From assembly GCA_038231275.1 (NCBI GenBank), contig JBBRLQ010000002.1, positions 384,001-448,000 of the forward strand: a stretch of DNA of 64,000 nucleotides, in the 5' to 3' direction. Positions within the stretch are counted from its first letter, which is position 1; each line of letters starts with the position of its first letter. Source of the stretch: Polyangiales bacterium. GTDB lineage: Bacteria > Myxococcota_A > Polyangia > Polyangiales > Polyangiaceae. A model generated the notes under the pieces. It searched no databases and was not told where the DNA came from. It saw nothing but the letters and a program-made list of their open reading frames with translations. The position numbers and the translations under genes are program-made. Positions 48,851 to 58,816 of this stretch are shown here, piece by piece.

Positions 48851-50689
48851 CTACTCGACGATCCGCAGGCGCGTTCGCGGGTCCAGCCCCTTGGCGCTGC
48901 CCTCGACGTCCGGCGTCTTCACGTACGCGGCCGCGGGCTCGGCGGGCGACGGCGCGGCGCTCCAGATCGCGAAGTCGTCGGGCAACGGCCCTGGGAGCGT
49001 CGGCTGCACGGTGCGCTCGAGGAGCTGGAAATCGTTGCTCACCGTGAGGTTCAGCGGCAGCTTCTTCGCCGGCCCCTCCGCCTTGAACCACGCGCGCGCC
49101 GCCTGGACGTTCTGGATGAGGACGTAGTGCTGTGGGTCGACCTTCGCCGCGGTCGTGAAGTTGTCCATCATGCCGTCGAGGTCGCCGCGCGCCTTCGCGA
49201 TGCACGCGAGGTGGTTGTAGACGAGGCCCGGACAAGGGAACTCGAGCTCCTGCGCGCGCCGCACGTGCGTCTCCGCGCCATCGAGATCGCCCGCGTCGTA
49301 CAGCGCCACCGCGAGGTCCATGTGCGCCGCGTGATGATCGCCGAGAAGGTCGAGCGTCTCCTTACGCTCGGCGACGGTGTCGCGATGCAGATGACGAAGC
49401 CCGCTGTTCTGCGAGAACCACGCATTCATACGTGCCGTGTCCGTCTCCGACGCGTCGAACGGGATCTTCAATTCCTGGAAGCGCTCCTGGAAGTAGATCT
49501 CGCGATTGAGCCAGCCGGCCTTCTCGGCGTCCTTGAAGTCCGGGGTCCCGGGGTAGATGGAGAGGCACGAGAAGATGTACTCGTGAGGCCTCGCGCGCTC
49601 GAGAAAGCGATGCGTCTCCGCCATCGACTCCGCCGTCTCGCCGCGGTTGCCGAGCATCATGTAATAGCGAACCTTGATGCCGTATTTCTTCGCGAGCTGG
49701 GTCGTGCTCGCGATCTCGTCGACGGTGATCTTCTTCTCGATGAGGTCGAGGATGCGCTGCGAGCCGCTCTCGACGCCCAGGCTCAGGCGCTGGCATCCGG
49801 CGAGGCGCATCTCCTTCAAGAGCTCGTCGTTCAGCATGTCGACGCGCGTGTCGCAGCTCCAGAAGAACTTCAGCTTTCGCGCGCGCATCTCGCGGCACAT
49901 CTCGACCACGCGTTTCTTGTGGGTCGTGAAGGTGTCGTCCTTGATCTGGACCATCTTCACCGGGAGGCGCGCGACCATCTTCTCGAGGGCGTCGACGACG
50001 TAGCCGATCGAGTTCGCGCGGAAGCCGCGGCCCCAGCTCGTCTCCGCGCCGCAGAAAGTGCAGGCCCACGGGCAGCCGCGCGAGGTCATGAGGATGTGCG
50101 TGTCGAAGTAGTCTTGTGGCGAGGCGAGCGTGTCGAGATCCTTGATCTGCGGGCGTTCGGGCGCGACGACGATCGCGGCGCCGTCGCGGTACGCGGTGCT
50201 CGCGAGACCCTTGACGGGCGACCCCGCGGAGACACGGTCGACGATCTCGAGGAACGTGGCGTCGCTCTCGCCCACGCAGATCGTGTCGATGTGCGGGTGG
50301 TGGGCGAGGAGCTCCTTTGCGAGCGGCGTCGCGTGCGGGCCGCCGACGACCACGTGCGCGCGCGGGTGGACGCGCTTGACGAGCTCCGCGACGAGGGCGA
50401 CGCCTCGCCGATTCGCGGTCCAGCACGACATGCCGAAGACGTCGGCGTCGAGCGCGCGCACAATCTCCTCCACGCGCGACCACGCGAATCCGCTCAGGTT
50501 CAGGACCTTCACCTGATGCCCCGCGCGGAGGGCTTGCGCACCGATCGAGAAGAGCCCGTAGGGGGTCTGGTAGAAATCCGCGTCGAGATCGCCCGCTTTG
50601 TAGCCGTCGGGAGGACCGTCGACAGGATCGGGCGCCTCGGAGGCCGCGGCAATCTTCCACGGCGGCGGGTAGACGAGCGCGATCTTCAC
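48851..50689 (-). CDS. B12-binding radical SAM protein with C-terminal TPR-like region
   Basis: VVGGPHAT, SRGCPWACTFC, DDTF, GVESGSQ and YPGT motifs. Confidence 0.88.
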   Translation of the reverse strand: MKIALVYPPPWKIAAASEAPDPVDGPPDGYKAGDLDADFYQTPYGLFSIGAQALRAGHQVKVLNLSGFAWSRVEEIVRALDADVFGMSCWTANRRGVALVAELVKRVHPRAHVVVGGPHATPLAKELLAHHPHIDTICVGESDATFLEIVDRVSAGSPVKGLASTAYRDGAAIVVAPERPQIKDLDTLASPQDYFDTHILMTSRGCPWACTFCGAETSWGRGFRANSIGYVVDALEKMVARLPVKMVQIKDDTFTTHKKRVVEMCREMRARKLKFFWSCDTRVDMLNDELLKEMRLAGCQRLSLGVESGSQRILDLIEKKITVDEIASTTQLAKKYGIKVRYYMMLGNRGETAESMAETHRFLERARPHEYIFSCLSIYPGTPDFKDAEKAGWLNREIYFQERFQELKIPFDASETDTARMNAWFSQNSGLRHLHRDTVAERKETLDLLGDHHAAHMDLAVALYDAGDLDGAETHVRRAQELEFPCPGLVYNHLACIAKARGDLDGMMDNFTTAAKVDPQHYVLIQNVQAARAWFKAEGPAKKLPLNLTVSNDFQLLERTVQPTLPGPLPDDFAIWSAAPSPAEPAAAYVKTPDVEGSAKGLDPRTRLRIVE

Positions 50690-50749
50690 GTCCCAAGCTT
50701 AGCGAATGGCGGGACAAACACGAACGCCCAGCTGCCCCGATGTTTTCCG

Positions 50750-51334
50750 CTAGTCCTTGGGCGGCGAGGGCGGCGCGAGCGAGACCTGGGTGTCGTCGTC
50801 CGACGGCGGCATCATCGACGGGGGTACGGACGAGCGGCGCTCGAGGGCGGCGCGGCATTGTTCTGCGATCGCGCGCGCCATGCGATCGTTCGGGTTCGCC
50901 TCGAGGAGCGTCTCGGCGAGGATCAGCGCCGCCGGATGATCGCTTTCGAGGAAGCGTCGACACATCTCGCGGCTTGGCTCGCCGCGCGTGACCGTGACGT
51001 ACACAGGCGTCGCCTCTTCGCTGTCGGCGGGGAGCGGGCCGATCTCCGCGCCGGTCGGCGCCTCGGAGTCGAAGCGCTCCGGATCGGTTGGCGCGGGGGC
51101 TGGCACCGTCTCGGGCCGGAAGATCGCCGCCTGGCACTCGGTCTGGATCGCGAGCGCCATCACGTCATCCGGCTGGAGGCGCAGGACCTCCTCCGCCATC
51201 GCGAGCGCGTCGGGGTAGTCGCTCTCGAGGAAGCGCCGGTACATCTCGCGCGCGCGATCGGCGCTCGCGGCGACGATGATCGCCTCCGCGCTCGGATCGA
51301 CTTCGCCCGACGGCTCTCGCTTGTCCTCGACCAC
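50750..51334 (-). CDS. Hypothetical protein with two TPR-like repeats
   Basis: REMYRRFLESDYPDALAMAEEVL and REMCRRFLESDHPAALILAETLL; start uncertain. Confidence 0.55.
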   Translation of the reverse strand: MVEDKREPSGEVDPSAEAIIVAASADRAREMYRRFLESDYPDALAMAEEVLRLQPDDVMALAIQTECQAAIFRPETVPAPAPTDPERFDSEAPTGAEIGPLPADSEEATPVYVTVTRGEPSREMCRRFLESDHPAALILAETLLEANPNDRMARAIAEQCRAALERRSSVPPSMMPPSDDDTQVSLAPPSPPKD

Positions 51335-51420
51335 GTCCCCTCTCGAACTCCGGGGCGACCTTGCCACCTTCGCCGCGAAAAGCAAAGCGCTTGCGCGTTG
51401 CTCGTCTAGCGCGTGGCGGC

Positions 51421-53088
51421 TCAGCTCGGCTCGGACGCCGGCGCTTCGCTCCCACGAGGCGGAGGGGCGTCGCGTTCTTCCGTCAGGAGCGGAAGATCGA
51501 TCTCGAAGACGGCGCCCCCGCCCGAGCCGGATCGCACCGAGATGCGCCCTGCATGGCGCTCGACGATCGTGCGGGCGATGTAGAGGCCGAGGCCCGTGCC
51601 GCTCCACTCGCCACCGCGCTTCGTCGAGAAGCCGCGCTCGAAGACCTTCTCGTGCAGCTCCGACGGAATCCCTGGACCGCGATCCTCTACCGTTAGGATG
51701 GCGCGACCATCGCGGGCGACGACGCGGACCTTCACGGTGCCCTCGCCGCCCATCGCTTGCGCGGCGTTCGTCACGAGGTTGACCGCCACCTGGCCGAGCT
51801 GCCCCTCATGCGCGGCGATCTTCGCAGGCTGGAGCTGCATGTCGACGTTCACGCGGCCGAGGTGCCGGGAGAGCGGCCGCACCGCGGTTTCGACTTCGAG
51901 CGCCAGATCACGCGGAGCGAGCTGCGATGGAGTGCTCCGGTAGAGGCTCACGAACCAACCGAGCACGGTGCGGATGCGCTCGACGCCGGCGCGCATGTCG
52001 CGTGTGACCTCGACGAGATCGCCGACGTCGGTGGGCAGGCCCCCCTCGAGGAAGTTGAGGTTGGCGCTCACCACTGTCAGCGGGTTCTTGAACTCGTGCG
52101 CGAGCTCTCCCACCGCTTCGCCGAGGAGCTTGTTCTCGCCGGCGAGGAGCAGCTCCGCCTTGAGCTTCTCCATCTCGAGGATCGTCGTTCGCAGGTATGC
52201 GTTCTGCTCGCGCAGCTGCTGCAGCGTACGGGCGAGGGCCTTGGTGCGCTCGGCGACGCGCTCCTCGAGCACTTCGTTGGAGCCGAGGAGATCGTCGAAG
52301 CGCGCGGCGAACTCGCGCTCGTGCTCGGCGAGGACGCGGCGCTGCTCCTCGGTCGTGCTGGTCATGAGCCGCCGAAGGCGCGAGAGGCGCATCTCGCGAC
52401 CGACGAGCGCACCGATGATCGGCGCGAGGAGCCACCACCCGGTAGGCGCCAGCAGGAGGCCCACCGCGAGGACGAGGGCCCCGAGCCCCGCGCCGATCGT
52501 CGCGAGCGGGCGCTCGTTGCGCCAGTGCACCGAGTACTCGCACGCGTCCGCACCCTTCGCGAAGCAGCGCTCCTCGGTCAGCTCCGCCGGGGGAAGATCG
52601 AAGAGGAGCGGCACCGCGTGCAAGACCCCCCGGGCGACCTGGCACGAGTGCACGTGACGCGGAAGGCCGGCGCGGTACCGCAGCGTGATCGTCGCCTTGT
52701 TCCTCGCCATCGCCCCGACCTCGAAGCGGACGTGACGCGCGAAGAACTCGCGCGCATGATCGATGTTCGCGAAAAAGAGGCGGGGCGTTGCCAGCGCGGT
52801 CAAGCTCATCGCCGAGAGATCGCGGCGCGTGGGGACCACCCAGGTGACGGCGTCCGTGATCACCTCGCCGCCGATTTGTTTGGAGAGAGCGTCGGCGACC
52901 GCCTCCAGCGCCTCGAGGGATACCCACGCGTGCGCGTCGCTGCTCGTGCGCGCGTCGACGGCGTTCGCGGCGAGCGCCTCTTCGGTGGCGACGACCGCCG
53001 CGTTCTTGCCGATCTTCTGCGCGGCGTAGTCGGTCAGCGCGTGGACGAGGCGCATGTTCACATCGGCGGCGCGCGCGGGCTCGGTCAT
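51421..53088 (-). CDS. Sensor histidine kinase with N-terminal V4R/H-NOX-like domain and TM hairpin
   Basis: AHEFKNPL, NLVTNA, DRGPGI, GFSTK and GTGLGL motifs; C...CFAKGADACEY in the sensor region. Confidence 0.88.
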   Translation of the reverse strand: MTEPARAADVNMRLVHALTDYAAQKIGKNAAVVATEEALAANAVDARTSSDAHAWVSLEALEAVADALSKQIGGEVITDAVTWVVPTRRDLSAMSLTALATPRLFFANIDHAREFFARHVRFEVGAMARNKATITLRYRAGLPRHVHSCQVARGVLHAVPLLFDLPPAELTEERCFAKGADACEYSVHWRNERPLATIGAGLGALVLAVGLLLAPTGWWLLAPIIGALVGREMRLSRLRRLMTSTTEEQRRVLAEHEREFAARFDDLLGSNEVLEERVAERTKALARTLQQLREQNAYLRTTILEMEKLKAELLLAGENKLLGEAVGELAHEFKNPLTVVSANLNFLEGGLPTDVGDLVEVTRDMRAGVERIRTVLGWFVSLYRSTPSQLAPRDLALEVETAVRPLSRHLGRVNVDMQLQPAKIAAHEGQLGQVAVNLVTNAAQAMGGEGTVKVRVVARDGRAILTVEDRGPGIPSELHEKVFERGFSTKRGGEWSGTGLGLYIARTIVERHAGRISVRSGSGGGAVFEIDLPLLTEERDAPPPRGSEAPASEPS

Positions 53089-54599
53089 GGCGCCTTCGCC
53101 TTTCCGCGCTGTCGGGCGTACGAGGCAGAGCGACGCGGCGTAGGCTTGGCGACGACCTCGGAGACTCGCGCCGCGGCGTACGCGACGAGCACCGCCGGCA
53201 AGAGCCCCGCGCGCAGCGCGAGCAAGAGCGCGCGCGAAGGAACCGGCGGCTGAAGCGGCTCCGGCAGCCCGCTCGTGACCCCCGCATCTTGGAGGAGCGC
53301 GCGCGCCGCGTGGAGCGAGGCCTGCACGGCTCCCTCCATGCATGCGAGATCGATCCCGTTCTTCGCGTAGTCCCCGGCGACGTAGAGGTTCTTGGCGTGG
53401 GAGCGCGCCGTTGGCCGGTTGGGCCACGCGCCGATCGTGTTGATGAAGAGCGGCGTGGTGACGTTGGTGTTGATCACGACGTCGGCGATGTCCTGATCTT
53501 TGATCGGGAGATAGTCGAAGATCTCGCCGAGGAGCACGCGCGTGGCCGCCTCCTCGGAGAGCGCGCGCAGCGGCGCGAAGTTGCTCGAGATGAAGCTCAG
53601 CTCCGAGCCTTCCCACCCGCTCCATAGCGGCGCGACGTCGATGAACGAGAGCCCGTACGCCCCGCCGTGGAAAAAGACGTGCTCGCGCGGCATCTGCGGG
53701 AGCCGCTTCTTGGTGCGCACGTGAAGCGAGCTCATCGGCTGCGCCTCGAGAAGGTGCATGTTGCCGAGCGCCGGATCGAGGGCGAAGAGTTTGTCGTCGA
53801 CCCACCCGCGCGCGACCTCGAAGGGGACGGCCAGCACGAACGCGTCGGCGGTGAGACGCTCGTCGCCGATCTTGACCGCCGCGACGCGCCCGTCCTCCAC
53901 CTCGAAGCCGGTGACGTCCACCCCCAGCCGCACCTCCACCCCCGCGTCGCGCACCGTCTTCGCGAGCGGATCGATGAATGTAGACTGCAAGTCCCCCGGC
54001 AGGACGCTCAGGAAGGGCGACGCCTGCTTCATCCAATACCCGCCGATGTGCTTGGCGGTCATCGCGCTCATCTCGTAGGCGGGGATCGCGCTCGCCTTGA
54101 GCAGGTTCTCCTGGTTCATCTCGGCGACGGCCTCGGTGACGTACCAGGCCTTGCGCATCAGCCCGATCTCGCTGACGCGATCGAGCAGGCGCTTGTTCGA
54201 CATGTCCTGCGAGATGAGATCGAGCGTGAAGTTGTAGAAGAGGAGCGTCTGGTACCAGGGGAGGAGGCCGTGCCCGAGGTTGTAGAGCACGGCGCCGAGG
54301 CCGCTCGGGCCGCGGACGGTCACCTTGCTCGGGTACGCGCCGGGCAGGAGGTAGTGGTAGCGATCGAAATCGATCAACGTGACGTCGATCTCGCGCAGGA
54401 TGCGCCGGACGTTCGGGTACCAGGCGGGGAAGACGTGGTAGCCGTGCTCGACGAGGCGCTCGCCGTGACGATTCGCGCCGGCCTTGCCGCCGAGCCGATC
54501 GCTCTTCTCGAGGAGCGTGACCTTGCGGCCCGTCGCCGCGATCGCGCGGGCCGAGACCATTCCGGCCAGCCCTCCTCCGACGACGACGACGCGCTGCAT
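53085..54599 (-). CDS. FAD-dependent oxidoreductase, carotenoid/hopanoid desaturase-like (amine oxidase family)
   Basis: VVGGGLAG, LGGK, EHGYHVF, AGDY and MEGAV motifs. Confidence 0.8.
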   Translation of the reverse strand: MQRVVVVGGGLAGMVSARAIAATGRKVTLLEKSDRLGGKAGANRHGERLVEHGYHVFPAWYPNVRRILREIDVTLIDFDRYHYLLPGAYPSKVTVRGPSGLGAVLYNLGHGLLPWYQTLLFYNFTLDLISQDMSNKRLLDRVSEIGLMRKAWYVTEAVAEMNQENLLKASAIPAYEMSAMTAKHIGGYWMKQASPFLSVLPGDLQSTFIDPLAKTVRDAGVEVRLGVDVTGFEVEDGRVAAVKIGDERLTADAFVLAVPFEVARGWVDDKLFALDPALGNMHLLEAQPMSSLHVRTKKRLPQMPREHVFFHGGAYGLSFIDVAPLWSGWEGSELSFISSNFAPLRALSEEAATRVLLGEIFDYLPIKDQDIADVVINTNVTTPLFINTIGAWPNRPTARSHAKNLYVAGDYAKNGIDLACMEGAVQASLHAARALLQDAGVTSGLPEPLQPPVPSRALLLALRAGLLPAVLVAYAAARVSEVVAKPTPRRSASYARQRGKAKAP

Positions 54600-54782
54600 T
54601 TTTCTGCCCAGTCTCGAGCCCCTGAGCCGGTATGGCCTCGGGAGGCTCAGAGTAGCCGACGCCAAGCACCAACGGGGGAACGCGCGTTCCCGTTCCATTC
54701 CGTCCGTCCATGGCGGACTTTTGGGGTCCGGAGCACGACGCAACCCTGTGTCGGACACTGGGGGGTGGTATCGTCCGCGGCC

Positions 54783-55244
54783 ATGTCTCAGCCAGTGCCG
54801 TGCACGAACTGCGGCGCGATGATGGTGCCGCAATGGGACGGTCGGGTGCACGCCTGCCCGTTCTGCAAGACCCAGATCCAGGTCGCGATCTCGGGCGATC
54901 AGCTCGCCGCCGGGATGGCGCTCGATCTCGCGAACATCGACGCGTTCCTCGGCCGGCTTGCGCAGACGCTATGGCAGGGGTTCTCCGAGCACACGCGCAT
55001 CGAGGCGAACGGAAATTACGTGATGGCGATCGAGGTGAACCTCGAGCCCGACGTGTTCATGGTGCGGCGCGAAGGGAATCACGCGCAGGCGCACCACAAG
55101 AAGGTGGTTCGTGGCGTCGCGCTGCGAACGCGCGCGGTGGCCCTCGACGTGTGGGTGCAAATGCTGACCGACGCGCTCGCCGCGCACGCGAACACGAACG
55201 CGCGCGCCGCTTGGGTGCTCGGACAGCTCGGAGGGCCGCGATGA
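54783..55244 (+). CDS. Zn-ribbon (CxxC...CxxC) fused to an uncharacterised domain
   Basis: CTNC...CPFC; ATGA overlap with the next gene. Confidence 0.7.
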   Translation: MSQPVPCTNCGAMMVPQWDGRVHACPFCKTQIQVAISGDQLAAGMALDLANIDAFLGRLAQTLWQGFSEHTRIEANGNYVMAIEVNLEPDVFMVRREGNHAQAHHKKVVRGVALRTRAVALDVWVQMLTDALAAHANTNARAAWVLGQLGGPR

Positions 55245-56149
55245 CGATCCCCGGCGTGCACCCGTTCTTGCCCGATCGCCCAGTGAACGAGGCGCTGAGC
55301 CAGCAGCAGCTCGCGCAAGGCGGCCTTCCGCTCCGCGCGCAGCGGCGCATCCACGAGCTCAACGCTGGCGGCCGAGCGGTCTTCACGAGCACGCTGTCGA
55401 CGAGCGAGACGGTGGTCGCGCGCGCGACGGGGCTGTCGCCGATCAGCCAGGTGATGGGCTCGAGCGTCTTCCACGTCGGCTTCCGCGGCTTCACGACGTG
55501 GACTGGCGGCGAGCTCGTGCCCCTCACGCGCGCCTACGATCGCGCCCGCGCGCTGGCCCTGTCGCGGATGCAGCAGGAGGCGCAGCTGCTCGGCGCGCAC
55601 CTCGTCATCGACACGCGCTTCCTCGGCAGGGGCTACGACTGGGGGCAAGATCTCATCGAGTTCACCGCCGTCGGCACCGCGGTCCGCCTCGACGGACAAC
55701 CTCCGCCTCCCCTCCCTGCGCTGACGCTCCTCACCGCCGACGAGCTCTACAAGCTCCACCGCGCCGGCTACTGGCCCGTCGCGATCGCGATGGGCAATTG
55801 TTTTTTCTACGCGCGCCACGCCGACTGCGTGAGCGAGGGCACGTACTTCTCGAGCGAGCTGCCGGTTCACACGCAAGCGTCGCAGGTCGGGCGCGACCTC
55901 GCCGTGTCGCGCTTCCGCGCTTTCGCCGCCCACTTCGGGGCGCACGGCGTCGTGGGCGTCACCATCCAACGCGACGCCCGCGACCACGAGTACGAGTCGG
56001 GCGGCCGGAGCCACACCGCCTTCTCGCTCGACCTCGTCATGATGGGCACCGCCGTCGTCCGCCGCGGACAGGCCGAGGCCCCTCCGCGTCCGCCCCTCGT
56101 CGTCGATCTGCGCGACTCCCCTACCCGCTACGGAAAGCACGGTTACTGA
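55241..56149 (+). CDS. Tandem YbjQ/UPF0145 (heavy-metal-binding) domain protein 1
   Basis: FTSTLS...VMGSSVFH...AR.LALSRMQQEA..LGA...EFTAVGTAV pattern, twice. Confidence 0.8.
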   Translation: MTIPGVHPFLPDRPVNEALSQQQLAQGGLPLRAQRRIHELNAGGRAVFTSTLSTSETVVARATGLSPISQVMGSSVFHVGFRGFTTWTGGELVPLTRAYDRARALALSRMQQEAQLLGAHLVIDTRFLGRGYDWGQDLIEFTAVGTAVRLDGQPPPPLPALTLLTADELYKLHRAGYWPVAIAMGNCFFYARHADCVSEGTYFSSELPVHTQASQVGRDLAVSRFRAFAAHFGAHGVVGVTIQRDARDHEYESGGRSHTAFSLDLVMMGTAVVRRGQAEAPPRPPLVVDLRDSPTRYGKHGY

Positions 56150-56151
56150 TC

Positions 56152-57009
56152 ATGGCGAACTACGTCCGCCCCCAGGTGCAGCGTCAGGCCCTCCCGCAGC
56201 ACGCCGCCGAGCGCATCCAGCGAATGCGCGGCGGTGGCCCGGGACAAGGTCCGCGATTTTTCACGAGCGACTTGTCCGTGAAGGAGTTCCTCCTCGTGCG
56301 CGAGGCGGGCTTCGAGTGCGCGGGGCTCGTGATGGGCTCGTCGATCTACCACGTGGGCTACCAGCAGGCCGGCTACACGCAGAACATGGAGATGGGCGTC
56401 CTCACGCAGGCGCTCTACCAAGCGCGTGAGCTGGCGATGGCGCGCATGGAAGAAGAGGCGCACGAGCTCGGCGCCGACGGCGTCATCGGCGTGCGCCTGC
56501 GCGTGAACCGCCACGCGTGGGGTGAGAACCTGCTCGAGTTCGTCGCGATCGGCACCGCCGTCTACGGCCGCCCCGAGACCGGACAGAAATTCCAGGTGCA
56601 GACCTGGCGCGCGCCCTCCGGCATGCCGTTCACGAGCGATCTGTCCGGCCAGGATTTCTGGATGCTGCTCAAGAGCGGCTACCGCCCGGTGTCACTCGTG
56701 ATGGGCAACTGCGTCTACCACGTTGCGCACCAGACGCTGGGGGGCTGGTTCTCGAGCGTCGGCCAGAACATCGAGATGCCGAATTTCACCCAGGCGCTCT
56801 ACGACGCGCGCGAGCTCGCGATGGAGCGGCTCCAATACGAGGCGCAGCTCGACGGCGCGAGCGGCGTCGTCGGCACCGAGGTGTACGAGACCTCCCACGG
56901 GTGGGACTCGCACGTCATCGAGTTCTTCGCGGTCGGCACGAGCGTGCTCCGCATCCACGCCGCCGAGGCGCCGCCGGTGCCCGAGCTCGTGATGACGGTG
57001 AACGAGTAG
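56152..57009 (+). CDS. Tandem YbjQ/UPF0145 domain protein 2
   Basis: Two FTSDLS...ARELAM.R...EA...GA.GV.G...EF.A.GT repeats. Confidence 0.85.
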   Translation: MANYVRPQVQRQALPQHAAERIQRMRGGGPGQGPRFFTSDLSVKEFLLVREAGFECAGLVMGSSIYHVGYQQAGYTQNMEMGVLTQALYQARELAMARMEEEAHELGADGVIGVRLRVNRHAWGENLLEFVAIGTAVYGRPETGQKFQVQTWRAPSGMPFTSDLSGQDFWMLLKSGYRPVSLVMGNCVYHVAHQTLGGWFSSVGQNIEMPNFTQALYDARELAMERLQYEAQLDGASGVVGTEVYETSHGWDSHVIEFFAVGTSVLRIHAAEAPPVPELVMTVNE

Positions 57010-57021
57010 CGGAGCGGGCTG

Positions 57022-57777
57022 ATGAGCGGATACTTCACCAGCGATCTGTCGATCGACGAGCTGCTCCTCGTAGAGGAGTGCGGCTTCGAGCCGCTCGAGC
57101 TCGTGCAGGGGTCGAGCTACTACCACATCGGATGGTCGTCGGCGCCGTGGACGACCAACATGGAGCTCGGCAACGTGTCGCAGATGATGCTGGCGGCGCG
57201 GCACGTCGCCATGAAGCGCTTGACCGATCAAGCCGCGCAGCTCGGCGCCGACGGCGTCGTCGGAATGCGCATCGACATGGAGCGCGAGGGCCACCACGCG
57301 GAGTTCGTTGCGGTGGGCACCGCCGTGAAGCGCCGCAAGGGCGACGGCGCGGCGTGGCGTGATCGCTACGGGCGCCCCTTCACGAGCGATCTCTCCGGCG
57401 TCGATTTCTGGGGCATCGTGCGCGCCGGGTACCGGCCGGTGAGCCTCGCCCACGGCGTGTGCGTCTATCACGTCGCGCACCTGTCGCTCGGGCAGTGGTG
57501 GAAGAGCCTCGGGCAGGCGCAGCAGAACATGGAGCACGCCGCCTTCACCCAGGGTCTCTACGACGCGCGTGAGCTCGCGATGGCGCGGATGCAGTACGAG
57601 GCGCACGAGGCAGGGGCCACCGCCGGCGTGCTCGCCGTCGACGTTCGCGAGGAGAGCCACGGCTGGGACTCGCACGTGATCGAGTTCGTCGCGGTGGGCA
57701 CCGGCGTGGCGCCGCTCGACGCGGCGGATCACGAGCTCCACGCGCCTGCGCGCGCCGTGCTCTTCGCGCAGGACTGA
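57022..57777 (+). CDS. Tandem YbjQ/UPF0145 domain protein 3
   Basis: Two FTSDLS...GADGVVG...EFVAVGT repeats. Confidence 0.85.
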   Translation: MSGYFTSDLSIDELLLVEECGFEPLELVQGSSYYHIGWSSAPWTTNMELGNVSQMMLAARHVAMKRLTDQAAQLGADGVVGMRIDMEREGHHAEFVAVGTAVKRRKGDGAAWRDRYGRPFTSDLSGVDFWGIVRAGYRPVSLAHGVCVYHVAHLSLGQWWKSLGQAQQNMEHAAFTQGLYDARELAMARMQYEAHEAGATAGVLAVDVREESHGWDSHVIEFVAVGTGVAPLDAADHELHAPARAVLFAQD

Positions 57778-57946
57778 GACGCGCCGCGCACCGCATTTTT
57801 TTTGCCGGCGTCGACTGAGGCGAGCTTGCTGTGACCACCTGGTCACGAGCGCCACAAGGTGAGGCCTCGGTGCCTCACGGTCACTCCATGGTCCACTTGC
57901 GCGCGCCGAATGCGTGAGCACGTAGGACTGCGAAGGAGGGTCAACC

Positions 57947-58759
57947 ATGGTCACCTCGATTGCTGTCGCGCTTCGCCGCTCGGGCCACGCCGCGGCGCTC
58001 GCCACGCTCACCGCGTTCGCCGCCTGCGCGCCGTCGACGACCGACGTAGGAACCTCCTCAGCGCCGCTGACCGCCACCTGCGTCGATAGCAGCGCAACCA
58101 TCCCGCCGGGCGCGCTCCGCTGCAGCGACGTTCGCGTCGTCGAATGCACGGGCCCCAGCGGGACCGATCCCGGCACGATCTACGTCGTGCCCGCGCCCGT
58201 CACGGACGGCGGCACGGCGCCGCTGTGTGCCGACACCCAGCTCACGATCGATCACCCGCAGCCGCTGCCGCTCGGCAGCACGACCGTCACGGTCACTGAG
58301 ACCGCGGAGGCGGGGACGGGGCGCGTGTGCACCTCGACCATCACCGTTCGTGACACGACGCCGCCGCGCGCGACGTCGAAGGACTCGACGATGTGGCCTC
58401 CCAACCACGAGATGACGCGGTTCGCCGCGGCCGACTGCGTGACCGCGGTCGATACGTGCAGTGCGCATGTATCTCTCTCGTTCACCTACGTCACCTCGGA
58501 CGAGCCCGCCGACTCCACCGGCGACGGGCACACGACCGCCGACGTCGCGCCCGTCGGCTGCGACGCCGTCGACCTGCGCTCCGAGCGCAAGGGCAACGCG
58601 AACGGCCGGGTCTATCGCCTGGGCTGGCGCGCGGTCGACGAGAGCGGAAACGCGACGCTCGGCGAGTGCCGCGTCTCGGTGACCCACGACCAGAGGCCCG
58701 GCGGCTCCGCGACCGGCGGCCCCGAGGCCTACCGCGTGACGTTTCCACCCTGCAAGTGA
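57947..58759 (+). CDS. Lipoprotein with HYR/Ig-like domains
   Basis: Lipobox FAAC; PLG.T.VT...TVRDTTPP, MWPPNH and LRSER.G..NGRVY motifs. Confidence 0.7.
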   Translation: MVTSIAVALRRSGHAAALATLTAFAACAPSTTDVGTSSAPLTATCVDSSATIPPGALRCSDVRVVECTGPSGTDPGTIYVVPAPVTDGGTAPLCADTQLTIDHPQPLPLGSTTVTVTETAEAGTGRVCTSTITVRDTTPPRATSKDSTMWPPNHEMTRFAAADCVTAVDTCSAHVSLSFTYVTSDEPADSTGDGHTTADVAPVGCDAVDLRSERKGNANGRVYRLGWRAVDESGNATLGECRVSVTHDQRPGGSATGGPEAYRVTFPPCK

Positions 58760-58816
58760 TGGGCAAGTGACGCGCAACTGACGCGGAGGCCCACGGGACG
58801 CGCTACATTTCCGGTC

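Noticed and set aside
48851-50689. Radical SAM as part of the lasso cluster
   Set aside because: About 6 kb away with unrelated genes between and no RRE seen
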